Below are positions 30,517 to 40,409 of a stretch of 58,837 bases of DNA, in pieces. Numbering within the stretch: the first letter of the stretch is position 1; the number at the start of each line of letters is the position of its first letter. Origin of the DNA: an uncultured Bacteroidales bacterium (GTDB taxonomy: Bacteria > Bacteroidota > Bacteroidia > Bacteroidales > UBA932); NCBI GenBank assembly GCA_944326375.1, contig CALVDU010000129.1, positions 1 to 58,837 of the forward strand, written 5' to 3'. The notes under the pieces were generated by a model, which saw nothing but the letters and a program-made list of their open reading frames with translations, made no database searches and was not told where the DNA came from. A program made the translations under genes and the position numbers.

Positions 30517-31305
30517 CTAAAGTCTGTTATTGGCGGAGACCTTATATGAAACTACCACTGTTCTCACTCCGGATTCAGGATATTCGGTCCGGTAATGCTC
30601 TGTAAGATCTTTATAAAGATATATTGTGTCCGGTGCCGGACCGGCACTTTTGACCGTGGCGCCATGGCCGATGAACACATCGAAAGAAAGATTGCCGATT
30701 TCATTCCCTGCTTCATCTGAAAAAGTCCATCCGCCATAGCCGAATATATGCATATCAGGAAGAAGCAGTTTATAGGAATCCGGCATTTCTTCCGGATCCA
30801 TGGGCTTTGTCATGATGATATAATAAGGTCCAAGCACCTTGTCGCTGTTTAGCAGGGCTATGCACCTTAAGGAATTGTCGTCGTCACGATAAAGCATATA
30901 GTGATAATCCAAAGGCAAGAGAGAGTTTTCTTCCAGATCCTTTTCGACAAGTTCTTTGTTGTCTGCATCGACTGCATACCTGTACTCCGGAAGCATGACA
31001 TTGCCGTAATATGTTTCAGGAATGAAATGCAATGGCAGACCTTCCGAATTCTTTTTATCCTTGGATATCACTTCAAGCAGTTCACGTTCGTCCCATGCCG
31101 GCTGCCCCATGCTGTAGTCCAGGTAGCTGGTCTCTCCGACTCTTATCTTGTATTCGTACCCTTTTTCAAACTCAAACCCGTCAATGGCGCCAAAGGCACT
31201 CCATTCCTCGGATTGCTCTTTCTTTACAGCATAGACTTCCGACAGGTAATCAAGCCCGTCAGACCAAAGGACACCCGGAACTTTCTCCGATGCCACAGTC
31301 AGCAC
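30517..31305 (-). CDS. DUF4377-like domain protein, probably 5'-truncated (no signal peptide)
   Basis: LTVAS..W..IDGFEFEKGYEYKIRV..LLEVISK pattern; GTG start 22 nt after gltX stop. Confidence 0.6.
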   Translation of the reverse strand: MLTVASEKVPGVLWSDGLDYLSEVYAVKKEQSEEWSAFGAIDGFEFEKGYEYKIRVGETSYLDYSMGQPAWDERELLEVISKDKKNSEGLPLHFIPETYYGNVMLPEYRYAVDADNKELVEKDLEENSLLPLDYHYMLYRDDDNSLRCIALLNSDKVLGPYYIIMTKPMDPEEMPDSYKLLLPDMHIFGYGGWTFSDEAGNEIGNLSFDVFIGHGATVKSAGPAPDTIYLYKDLTEHYRTEYPESGVRTVVVSYKVSANNRL

Positions 31306-31327
31306 ATATTCTTTATAGTCAGTGTTT

Positions 31328-32977
31328 TCATGAGCAGAGGGTGGCTTTTATCCTGCTGATGCGTGAGGCAAATTCCTTTTTGCCGATGAGGGTAACGATG
31401 TCGGCGATTCCGAGTCCGCTGGAAGCGCCCACAAGGGCGAGACGAAGGCAGTTCATCACCTTGCCCATAGGCCATTCGCGGCTGCGGATGAATTCTTCGA
31501 GAGGTCCTTCAAGGGACTCTTTCGTGAACTCCCCTCCGAAACCGATGATGAAGTCTGCAACCTGGAGCGCAAGGGAATAGTTTTCTTCTTTCCAGAATTT
31601 TGCCGCATCCTTCTCGGCGTATGACTCTGGAGCGACAAAAAGATATGAGGCGATGTCCCAAAAGTCTGCGACAAACGATGCCCTTTCCTTGATGAGGGAT
31701 ACAATCCGCCTTACATAGTCCCGAGTGAAAATCCTGCTCTTGAAGTCTGCGCCCTGTACGGTCACTTCCGCACCGGCAGTCAGCGCACATTTCGGGCAGT
31801 CCACAATCTGCATCCCGTGCTCTTCAAGCACAGGGATGAACAGGGAAGTGAGCTCCTCGTCGGACTTCATCCTGAGATATTCCTTGTTGTACCATTTTGC
31901 CTTGTCGGGATTGAATTTCGCCCCTGACTTGATTACGCGTTCCAATGAGAATGCGCCGATGAGTTCTTCCATTGTGAAGAGTTCCCTGTCGTCCCCCGGA
32001 TTCCAGCCGAGCATGGCGAGCATGTTCACGAATGCTTCAGGGAAATATCCGTCTTCACGGTAACCTCTTGACACTTCGCCCTCAGCATTGACCCATTTCA
32101 GAGGGAAAACCGGGAAACCGAGCCTGTCGCCGTCCCTCTTGCTGAGCTTGCCCTTTCCGTCAGGCTTGAGCAGGAGCGAGAGGTGGGCAAAGCGCGGCTG
32201 CGTGTCCTGCCACCCGAATGCCTCATAAAGGAGATAGTGCAGAGGCAGGGACGGAAGCCATTCTTCACCGCGGATTACCTCTGTGATTTCCATGAGGTGG
32301 TCATCCACGATGTTGGCGAGGTGGTATGTAGGGAGTTCGTCGGCCCTTTTCCAGAGCACCTTGTCGTCGAGGGTGTCCGTATTGACCTCGATGTGTCCGC
32401 GGATGAGGTCATCCATGGCCACAACCCTGTTTTCAGGCATCTTGAAGCGGATTGTCCAGTCGGTGTGGGTGTCCAGAAGCGGTCTCCATTCGCTTTCCGG
32501 CATGGAAAGCGAGTTGCGGAGCGACTTCCTCGTGATATGGTTGTAGATGAATGTCTCCTTGTTTACTTCTGCTTCAGCCCTTTTTGCCGAGAGTTCCTCG
32601 GCAGTGTCGAAGGCATAGTAGGCGTAGCCTTTTTCCACGAGCTCTTCGGCGTATTTGCGATAAATTCCTCTCCTTTGGGACTGCCTGTAAGGAGCGTGCG
32701 GATGTTTCTCCGACGGGGTCTCCACGACATTCCCGTCAGCATCCACGCCCTCGTCAGGGATGATTCCGCACCAGTTGAGGGCTTCTATGATATATTTTTC
32801 AGCTCCAGGGACAAATCTCTGGGAGTCCGTGTCCTCGATCCTTATGATGAAGTCGCCTCCGTGCTGCTTGGCATAGAGGTAATTGTACAATGCCGTCCTT
32901 ACGCCTCCCATGTGGAGAGGACCTGTCGGGGACGGTGCAAACCTTACTCTCGTTCTTCTTTCCATATCATTGTTCAT
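31328..32977 (-). CDS. gltX: Glutamate--tRNA ligase
   Basis: RVRFAPSPTGPLHMGG, RIEDTD, YHLANIVDDH, RGEEW, KLSKR. Confidence 0.97.
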   Translation of the reverse strand: MNNDMERRTRVRFAPSPTGPLHMGGVRTALYNYLYAKQHGGDFIIRIEDTDSQRFVPGAEKYIIEALNWCGIIPDEGVDADGNVVETPSEKHPHAPYRQSQRRGIYRKYAEELVEKGYAYYAFDTAEELSAKRAEAEVNKETFIYNHITRKSLRNSLSMPESEWRPLLDTHTDWTIRFKMPENRVVAMDDLIRGHIEVNTDTLDDKVLWKRADELPTYHLANIVDDHLMEITEVIRGEEWLPSLPLHYLLYEAFGWQDTQPRFAHLSLLLKPDGKGKLSKRDGDRLGFPVFPLKWVNAEGEVSRGYREDGYFPEAFVNMLAMLGWNPGDDRELFTMEELIGAFSLERVIKSGAKFNPDKAKWYNKEYLRMKSDEELTSLFIPVLEEHGMQIVDCPKCALTAGAEVTVQGADFKSRIFTRDYVRRIVSLIKERASFVADFWDIASYLFVAPESYAEKDAAKFWKEENYSLALQVADFIIGFGGEFTKESLEGPLEEFIRSREWPMGKVMNCLRLALVGASSGLGIADIVTLIGKKEFASRISRIKATLCS

Positions 32978-34220
32978 TTTCTCTGTTTTCTTTTCTTACC
33001 GCACGCCTGATTGCAGCCACGGATTCGAGGTTGCTGATGTCTTTGCCCTCAGGGACAATCAGGACCGGGATGTTTTCCTGTCCGAAATGGAACTTGCGGA
33101 TGTTGCTGCTGTCGTTGTAGCCGATTTTTATGCTGGCAGGACCGGGAAGTTCGACTTCGCCGGTTTCCTTGCTTGCTTTCCGGTCATAAGTGAAGTCATT
33201 GTCTATCATTATGATCTTGCCGAGGCTCACGTCCGTGATGTCGCTCAGCATGTTCATTTTGAAGCCAGTGGCAATGACGGTAATCTTGACCTTGTCGCCT
33301 GTTTCGGGGTTTTCGTCGAAGATGATTCCGCTCTTGAATTTGTTGGCGTTGCCGGTATATTCGCTTATTTTCTTTTTTATGGCTTTGAGTTCAGTCATCG
33401 AGATGCCGTTCTCGTTCTTTCCTACCGTAATGTTTATAAGCACATTTTTCGCAGTCTTGAGGTCGAAGTCGTTGAGCAGGGGAGACTCAAGTGCGCCTTT
33501 TACGGCATCTTCAATCCTGTGCTCTCCCGCACCTGAACCGCAGCCCATGAGTGCCATGCCGCTGTTGCGCATCATCGTGCTCACGTCCTGGAAGTCAACG
33601 TTGATGTAGCCCGGTTTCGTGATGATTTCGATGACGCCCCGCACTGCCGTGGCAAGGACTTCGTCAGCCTTCGGGAATGCATCCTGGATGAGTTGGTCGC
33701 CGTAGTATTCCTGGAGTTTCTCGTTGTTGATGATGAGGAGGCTGTCCACACATTTTTCCAGTTCGTGGATGCCGTCGATTGCCTTTGACAGGGATTCATT
33801 GCCCTCGTTCTCAAACGGGAGAGTCACTACAGCCACAGTGAGGATGCCTTTTTTCTTCGCCATGTCCGCAATGACAGGTGAGGCTCCGGTGCCTGTTCCT
33901 CCTCCCATGCCGGCAGTTATGAACAGCATTTGTGTACCGTTGTCGATTACGGTCTTCATGATTTCATCCTGCGCTTCAAGGGCGGCGTTTCGTCCCTTTA
34001 CCGGGTCTGTACCCGCACCGAGCCCTTTTCCGAGCTGGAGCTTGGCCGGGACTTTGCTTTTCTGCAGCGCTTGGGCGTCCGTGTTGCAGACGATGAAATG
34101 GCAGCCTTCGATTTTTTCGTTGTACATGTAGTCAACGGCATTGCATCCGCCTCCGCCGACTCCTATGACCTTTATTATGGAATTTTCCGGATTCCAGTCC
34201 GTAGGTAATATGTCGCTCAT
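32967..34220 (-). CDS. ftsZ: Cell division protein FtsZ
   Basis: VIGVGGGGCNAV, NTDAQAL, AGMGGGTGTG, INVDFQDV. Confidence 0.97.
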   Translation of the reverse strand: MSDILPTDWNPENSIIKVIGVGGGGCNAVDYMYNEKIEGCHFIVCNTDAQALQKSKVPAKLQLGKGLGAGTDPVKGRNAALEAQDEIMKTVIDNGTQMLFITAGMGGGTGTGASPVIADMAKKKGILTVAVVTLPFENEGNESLSKAIDGIHELEKCVDSLLIINNEKLQEYYGDQLIQDAFPKADEVLATAVRGVIEIITKPGYINVDFQDVSTMMRNSGMALMGCGSGAGEHRIEDAVKGALESPLLNDFDLKTAKNVLINITVGKNENGISMTELKAIKKKISEYTGNANKFKSGIIFDENPETGDKVKITVIATGFKMNMLSDITDVSLGKIIMIDNDFTYDRKASKETGEVELPGPASIKIGYNDSSNIRKFHFGQENIPVLIVPEGKDISNLESVAAIRRAVRKENRENEQ

Positions 34221-34221
34221 G

Positions 34222-35742
34222 TCAGACCTCGTTATCGTTGCTTATGTTTTCGTACATGTCAGAGAAAAGGTTCTTTACCTTTGTCCATATCGGCGTTTGC
34301 TTTGGCTTTGGCGGTTTCGGGTTGCCTCCCTTTTTGCCGCCTTTCCCGGTTTCCGGATTTTTTACGACAGGGATTTCCTCTTTAGGGAAAAGCAGTTCGT
34401 TATTTTGGGATTCCCGGCCGTTGTTGCCGGAGTCTGCCGTACCTGTTCTGTCGTCAGCATTCTCCTGTGCTGTCTCCGGGATGGTTTCATCCGTTTCTTC
34501 CGGACCGAATGTGACGTTAGTTCCTTGTCTTACGGTGCTTTCAGAGGCTACGCAGTCTGTCACATGGTCGTTCTTTGCCGTGAGAATCAGGCCTACAGAC
34601 ACTGCCGCACTCGTTTCGAACACACCGCTGCATCCGTTGCTTGAAACCTGGTGTCTCGGATAGCCCTTCCTGACGGTATAGCCTGAGAGTTCCTTGATAT
34701 AGTTGCAGCAGTTGGTGAGTTCTGCCCCTCCTCCGGTCAGCACGATTCCGTTGCGCAGATTGTCGGCAAAGCCGCTGATTTCTATTTCATAGAGCATCGC
34801 CTCGGTGATTTCCCTTACGCGGTGCGTGATTATTTCCGAAAGGTATTTTACCGGCAGCTGCTTGTTCGGGGCGGACGAGCCGCTGTTTATCTGGATTATT
34901 TTTTCGCTCAGGTTCAGCAATTTGTCAGGCATACATGCTCCGTATGCCTTTTTTATGTTTTCTGCAAGGGCGTCGGAAATCATGCACTCGGTCTTGATGT
35001 CGTTGGTGATGCTCTTGCCGCCGAAAGGTATTGAGGCATAATGCCTCATGATGCTTCCGTAATATACCGACACTGATGTAGCCCCGCCGCCTAAGTCTAT
35101 GAGGGCTACCCCGTTTTCCATTTCGGAAGGGGTGAGGACGGATTTTGCCACAGGGTCAGGCGTGAAATATTTTCTTGCCACCCCGATGCCGAGTTTGTTG
35201 AATGCTACGTCAATGTTGTGCAGCGGTGTCCTTTTGCCTATGAAGATTTTGAAGTTGCCTTCGAGAACCTCGCTCGGCATTCCGATGATTTCGTTTTCGA
35301 GCAGCTGGAATTCTTCCCCGTTGGAAAACGACTGCGCCACCGCGCCGAAAATGCTTTCCTTGTTGTTGTCGTCGAGGGGATAGGTGTCAAATGCAGATGT
35401 CTTGAGCGCCTCTATTTCTTCCTCGGTAATGCATTCGTCGGCATTTCTGTCTTTTATGAGTGCCTTGGCCGTTACCTGCCGGACCCAGTATTTCGGCATT
35501 CCCACTACAACCTGGGTAATCTTGATGCTCAGCTCCTTTTCTGCATCTTCCACAAGCGGCTTGAGTGCTTCGTTGACCCTGCTGACCGTGAGGATGCGGC
35601 TTTTGGTGATGCCCTGTGAGGGCATTTCCTTGTAGTAGATGACCTCTATGTCATCCCCGTTTATGTGTGCTACCGACAGGGCTATCTTCGATGACCCGAG
35701 GTCGATTGCGACGATGTGTCTGTCTTCCATATCGCACGTCAT
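34222..35742 (-). CDS. ftsA: Cell division protein FtsA
   Basis: AIDLGSSKI, LIDLGGGAT, PFGG, VLTGGGA; position before ftsZ. Confidence 0.93.
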   Translation of the reverse strand: MTCDMEDRHIVAIDLGSSKIALSVAHINGDDIEVIYYKEMPSQGITKSRILTVSRVNEALKPLVEDAEKELSIKITQVVVGMPKYWVRQVTAKALIKDRNADECITEEEIEALKTSAFDTYPLDDNNKESIFGAVAQSFSNGEEFQLLENEIIGMPSEVLEGNFKIFIGKRTPLHNIDVAFNKLGIGVARKYFTPDPVAKSVLTPSEMENGVALIDLGGGATSVSVYYGSIMRHYASIPFGGKSITNDIKTECMISDALAENIKKAYGACMPDKLLNLSEKIIQINSGSSAPNKQLPVKYLSEIITHRVREITEAMLYEIEISGFADNLRNGIVLTGGGAELTNCCNYIKELSGYTVRKGYPRHQVSSNGCSGVFETSAAVSVGLILTAKNDHVTDCVASESTVRQGTNVTFGPEETDETIPETAQENADDRTGTADSGNNGRESQNNELLFPKEEIPVVKNPETGKGGKKGGNPKPPKPKQTPIWTKVKNLFSDMYENISNDNEV

Positions 35743-36518
35743 TTTTTACATATTATCTGCTTGTCAAACTTGAGGTTGACGCTCGAATAGAAATCTTTTC
35801 CCTTAGCCGGAACTATGCTCCGGTAGTAGTAAGACATCAGTTCGAACTTTTCCTCAATCCTGTCCGGCTTCCCGAAAAGGAACCGTTCCTTGCCTTCCCT
35901 CGGAATCAGCGTGAGGTCTCCGTTGTCCTCGACATGAATCTGCACTATGTTGTCCGCCCAGACCCCGCTTTTTTCCATGTACCTGACGAGAGATGTCATG
36001 TCCGCAATCCATTTTTCTTCCTTTTCGTCATTTCCGCGGCCCTTGTAGCCTGCGCTGACTTTCAGGGGGATTTTCCCGTCCACCACGACCACGTATGAGG
36101 TGTAGTTGTCTTTCAGTGGGAAGAGGTAGCCCTCGCTGTCGGAGTAGAAGCCTCCGTCCTTTCCCTGAAACCTTATCATCGGTTTCCTCTGTGTCACCTC
36201 TATGTTGAGCCTGTCACCCCTGATGTAGGCTTCGCTCTTGGACACTGCGCTTTTGGAGTCAATCGTTTCCTCGATTTTCTTGAGGTCAATTTTTGAAAGC
36301 GAATCGCCCGTACAGTCTCCGTAACCCTCAATGAGATATCGTCTTATGTCTTTTTCACTGACAAAGCGGCTTTCAAGGCTGTCCAGGATTACGATGTCCA
36401 CTCCCGAACATGTCCTTGCATTGTTTTTTGCGCCGCTTACGCCCAATGCTGCCGCCGTGACAATGAAAACCACTGCCACACAAGCCAAAAGGACGATATA
36501 TTTGACTGCATTCCTCAT
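35739..36518 (-). CDS. ftsQ: Cell division protein FtsQ (Bacteroidota type)
   Basis: Single N-terminal TM; IEVTQRKP; YSSVNLKFDKQIICKK; between murC and ftsA with ATGA overlaps. Confidence 0.85.
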   Translation of the reverse strand: MRNAVKYIVLLACVAVVFIVTAAALGVSGAKNNARTCSGVDIVILDSLESRFVSEKDIRRYLIEGYGDCTGDSLSKIDLKKIEETIDSKSAVSKSEAYIRGDRLNIEVTQRKPMIRFQGKDGGFYSDSEGYLFPLKDNYTSYVVVVDGKIPLKVSAGYKGRGNDEKEEKWIADMTSLVRYMEKSGVWADNIVQIHVEDNGDLTLIPREGKERFLFGKPDRIEEKFELMSYYYRSIVPAKGKDFYSSVNLKFDKQIICKK

Positions 36519-37891
36519 TCGGCGCAACGCTTTTCAAGCAATTCCGTTATTGGTCCTGCAAATCTGTCGATGTTCCCTGCCCCGAAGGTCACGAGAATGT
36601 CTGTCTGTTCATTTTCAATGTACTCCATGAGTTTTTCCTTGTTCAGGAGAACTTTTTCCGGGCAGGTCACGTTGCGGAAGATGATGTCCGAAGTCACGCC
36701 GGGGATAGGCTCTTCCCTCGCAGGATAGATGTCAAGGAGTATGAGTTTGTCCGCAAGGCTCAGTGCCTTTGCGAAATCGTCGGCGAAGTCCCTGGTCCTC
36801 GTGTAGAGGTGCGGCTGGAACACGGCTGTCAGTTTCCTGCCCGGGAACATTCCTCGTATGGAATTTATTGCAGCCTCAAGTTCTTTCGGGTGGTGGGCAT
36901 AGTCGTCAATATAGACGCAGCCCGGACGGTTCACATGGATGTCGAATCTCCGTCTTACGCCGGAAAATGTCTTGAGTGCAGCCTTTATGCGGTCGGGAGC
37001 GATGCCATAGACCAATGCCACAGCAGCTGCCGCAATCCCGTTTTCTCCGTTCACCCTTCCGGGAACACCCACACGGCATCCTGTCAGGATGCCGCAACGG
37101 CCTGTGCCGGTTTTCCAGTGCAGGTCGAAGGTATGGTTGCCGCAACCGTCAACGGAAATGTTTTCCGCATGGAAATCGGCCTCAGGGTCCTCCCATGAAT
37201 ATGTCAGAATCTGCGCTTTGGTGTCATCAGCACAGATGTCAAGGCCGTATTTCATTATCAGGGTGCCGGTCACTTGTGAAGCGAATGCCCTGAATGCTTC
37301 CTTTACATGCTTGAGGTCGGAGTATATGTCAAGATGGTCGGCGTCCATGGCGGTTATGACGGCGATTTCTGGATGGAGCTGCAGGAATGACCTGTCGAAC
37401 TCGTCAGCCTCTGCCACTACCACGTTGTTGTGGCTTGTGAGGAGGTTTGTGCCGTAGTTCTTGGAGATTCCGCCGAGGAATGCCGAACAGCCTTCGCCGC
37501 TTTCTTCGAATATGTGCGCCGTGAGGGTGCTCGTTGTGGTCTTGCCGTGCGTGCCAGCGACTGCGAGGCATCTTTGCCCTTCCGTAATTGTGCCGAGGAC
37601 CCGGGACCGCTTGACCACGGTATAGCCGTGCTCCTGCACGTATACGAGCTCCTGCATGTCTGCCGGTATGGCGGGGGTATAGACCACGAGGGTGTTTTCC
37701 CTGTCTTTCGGAATGCGGTCGGGGTCGTCCTCGTAATGGATTGACATTCCCTCGTTTTCGAGTTCTGCGGTCAGTTCCGACGGGGTGCGGTCGTAGCCGC
37801 TCACTTCGAGTCCCTTGAACTTGAAGTAGCGGGCTATTGCACTCATCCCGATGCCGCCGATTCCTATAAAGTATGCCTTTGTATATTTCAT
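36515..37891 (-). CDS. murC: UDP-N-acetylmuramate--L-alanine ligase
   Basis: FIGIGGIGMS, AGTHGKTTT, EADEFDRSF, DDYAHHP, FQPHLYTRT. Confidence 0.97.
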   Translation of the reverse strand: MKYTKAYFIGIGGIGMSAIARYFKFKGLEVSGYDRTPSELTAELENEGMSIHYEDDPDRIPKDRENTLVVYTPAIPADMQELVYVQEHGYTVVKRSRVLGTITEGQRCLAVAGTHGKTTTSTLTAHIFEESGEGCSAFLGGISKNYGTNLLTSHNNVVVAEADEFDRSFLQLHPEIAVITAMDADHLDIYSDLKHVKEAFRAFASQVTGTLIMKYGLDICADDTKAQILTYSWEDPEADFHAENISVDGCGNHTFDLHWKTGTGRCGILTGCRVGVPGRVNGENGIAAAAVALVYGIAPDRIKAALKTFSGVRRRFDIHVNRPGCVYIDDYAHHPKELEAAINSIRGMFPGRKLTAVFQPHLYTRTRDFADDFAKALSLADKLILLDIYPAREEPIPGVTSDIIFRNVTCPEKVLLNKEKLMEYIENEQTDILVTFGAGNIDRFAGPITELLEKRCAE

Positions 37892-39039
37892 TTCAAAATT
37901 CCATAAATCTCCTCCATTATCCTCTCCGCTGCGTCCCGTTTTGCCAGGGCAAGGATCTTTTTCTCCATTCCGGAGCGTCTGTTGTCGTCTTCAAGCAGTT
38001 CCAGTGCGGATTTCATCAGTTTTTCCGGTGCTTCTGCGTCCTCCACGAGTTCCGCAGCGCCCTCTCTCACGAGTGCCATTGCGTTGTGCCACTGGTGATT
38101 CTCCGCCACATTCGGAGAGGGTACAAAGATAACCGATTTTCCCGCAGCGCACAACTCCGAAACGGAACTTGCTCCAGAACGTGAAATTACGGCATCGGCC
38201 GCAGCGTATGCAAGGTCCATTCTCTGTATGAAGTCGAAATGCCGTATGCGGGCCAGGCAATCCCCTCCTAGCCCTTTCCTGCGGGCCTCCTCCATGAACG
38301 CATCCATTTCAGGCTTGTAGTATTTTCCGCATTGCCACAGGATTTCCGTGTCTTCGCCTCCCGGACATCCGTCGCTTATCCATTTCTGCACCGAGGTGTT
38401 CAGCGTCCTGCTTCCGAGGCTTCCGCCCACGATGAAGAGGTGCTTGCACGACGGGTTGAGCGAATAGAACTCCATAGCCTCTTTCCTGGTTTCTTCCGTG
38501 GCCGGGACTATGCCTTTCCTGATAGGGTTGCCTGTCATAACTATCTTGTCGGCAGGGAAAAACCTTTCCATTCCGGGGTATGCGACACAGATGCAGTCGA
38601 CCCGTTTGCCGAGAATCCGGTTCGTGAGTCCCGCAAATCCGTTCTGCTCCTGGATGAGAGTCGGGATGCCTTTGCGGCATGCGCTCCAGAGCAGGGGAGC
38701 GCTGGCATATCCGCCCACTCCGACTGCAACATCGGGCTTGAATTTCTTTATGATTTTTCCTGCTTCCGACACGCTTTTCAGCACCTTGAACGGGAGCATG
38801 AGGTTGGACAGGGACATTTTGCGCTGAAGTCCTGCCACCGGAAGCCCTATGATTCTGTAGCCTGCGGCGGGGACTTTCTCCATTTCCATTCTGCCTTCTG
38901 CACCCACAAAAAGGATTTCCGTGTCGGGGTTGGCACTTTTCAGTGCCTCGGCTATTGACAGGGCAGGGAAGATGTGTCCTCCTGTCCCGCCGCCGCTTAT
39001 TATGACTCTCAACGGTCTTTTGTCATTTTTCGTCGTCAT
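37888..39039 (-). CDS. murG: Lipid II GlcNAc transferase
   Basis: GGGTGGHIFP, GGYAS, EQN, GNPIR, GGSLG, SRSGA. Confidence 0.97.
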   Translation of the reverse strand: MTTKNDKRPLRVIISGGGTGGHIFPALSIAEALKSANPDTEILFVGAEGRMEMEKVPAAGYRIIGLPVAGLQRKMSLSNLMLPFKVLKSVSEAGKIIKKFKPDVAVGVGGYASAPLLWSACRKGIPTLIQEQNGFAGLTNRILGKRVDCICVAYPGMERFFPADKIVMTGNPIRKGIVPATEETRKEAMEFYSLNPSCKHLFIVGGSLGSRTLNTSVQKWISDGCPGGEDTEILWQCGKYYKPEMDAFMEEARRKGLGGDCLARIRHFDFIQRMDLAYAAADAVISRSGASSVSELCAAGKSVIFVPSPNVAENHQWHNAMALVREGAAELVEDAEAPEKLMKSALELLEDDNRRSGMEKKILALAKRDAAERIMEEIYGILK

Positions 39040-40390
39040 CGTTCTCTTCTCCTATTGTCGTTCCGAGCGCAGCCGAGGAACCTGCTCCTTCTTCCGCCGC
39101 TTCCTTTTCCGCATTCATTTCCGCAATGGCAGCGTCCGTTTTCTGTTTTGCCAGTTTGCTTATCGACAGGAGCACTCCGAACGCCATGCTGAAAGACAGG
39201 AATGAACTGTCTCCATGACTTACCATCGGAAGCGTCTGTCCCGTCAGGGGACCTATGTTCACGTTGATGAACATGTGCATGAATGCCTGGCCGCTTATCA
39301 GCAGCACGAGTCCTGCCACCGCCGTCTTGGCAAAGCAGGAGTCGCAGAATTTCACTATCAGTGCACCCCTTGCCAGCAGGCTCACATATAGTATAAGCAC
39401 GAATATGCCCATCACAAGTCCGAATTCTTCGATGATGAAGGAATACATGTAGTCGCTGAAAATGGCATAGACCGAATATTTCTGAGTGCTTCCTCCTGGT
39501 CCTTTGCCAATCAGCCCGCCTTCCTTGACTGCGATTTTCGCCCCTTCCGGCTGGCGGATTCTGTCCATTGCAGCCCTGTATTCATCGCTGCGGACATTTC
39601 CTTCCTGGATGATTTCATATTCCTTGTGCATCGTGAGCCTGTCTATTGCCACGCCGATACGGGAGAAATATTTGCCGTCCGAGGCAACATACATTCCCAC
39701 AAAAATTGCGATGAACACGCATCCTACGGCGACAGCCCCGAAAATCTCCCTTTTCGGCATGCCGCCGATAAGTATGGTCAGGAACATTATGAGCCCGCAG
39801 AAAAGCGTGCTGGAGATGCCGCCCTTGAACATTCCCACGCAGACTATGAGAATGGGGGCATAGATATGGACAACTCTCTTTGCCCAGTCTTTTTCAAGGA
39901 ATGCGAGTTTGGGATATTTGTCTGCAAGCCATTTGGTCCAGAATGAACCGTTCTTGTAGGTGTGGACCGCCCATGCAAGATACACCACCATAGCCACCTT
40001 GATGACCTCGAAGACGTATATCTGCATTCCTCCCACCTCCAGGGAACGCACTGCACCGTTGACCTCGATTGCTCCGATTCCTGCCACAAGGCAGATGAGC
40101 AGGGCCAATGAGACGACGAAGCCGAATGAAGAGAAGAACTTGATTATGCGTATGTTCGGTATGTTGTATATGCCTATTATCAGGGCAAGTCCGATGCAGA
40201 TTATCCTGAACTGCTCGAAGAGGATGTCAAAACGGCTCGTCTCACCCTTTACAAGTCCGGAGGCCGAGGAGAAAACGGAAACCAATGATAAAAGTATGAG
40301 CAGGAGGACAATCATCCAGATGACTTTGTCCCCCTTGAAATTGTCTATGAAGTTCCAGAACTTCCTTTTTCCCGTGTCCGCAGTTTCCAT
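39023..40390 (-). CDS. ftsW: SEDS peptidoglycan polymerase FtsW
   Basis: Multi-TM; GKGPGGS, SDYMYSFIIEEFG, TGQTLPMVSHG; dcw position. Confidence 0.9.
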   Translation of the reverse strand: METADTGKRKFWNFIDNFKGDKVIWMIVLLLILLSLVSVFSSASGLVKGETSRFDILFEQFRIICIGLALIIGIYNIPNIRIIKFFSSFGFVVSLALLICLVAGIGAIEVNGAVRSLEVGGMQIYVFEVIKVAMVVYLAWAVHTYKNGSFWTKWLADKYPKLAFLEKDWAKRVVHIYAPILIVCVGMFKGGISSTLFCGLIMFLTILIGGMPKREIFGAVAVGCVFIAIFVGMYVASDGKYFSRIGVAIDRLTMHKEYEIIQEGNVRSDEYRAAMDRIRQPEGAKIAVKEGGLIGKGPGGSTQKYSVYAIFSDYMYSFIIEEFGLVMGIFVLILYVSLLARGALIVKFCDSCFAKTAVAGLVLLISGQAFMHMFINVNIGPLTGQTLPMVSHGDSSFLSFSMAFGVLLSISKLAKQKTDAAIAEMNAEKEAAEEGAGSSAALGTTIGEENDDDEK

Positions 40391-40409
40391 AATCCTTTTT
40401 GTCTTGCCG

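Noticed and set aside
31299-31331. Mini-ORF MKTLTIKNMC on the minus strand overlapping the gltX stop, as a frameshifted start for the DUF4377-like gene
   Set aside because: One extra A would join the frames but would still give no signal peptide; unsupported without reads
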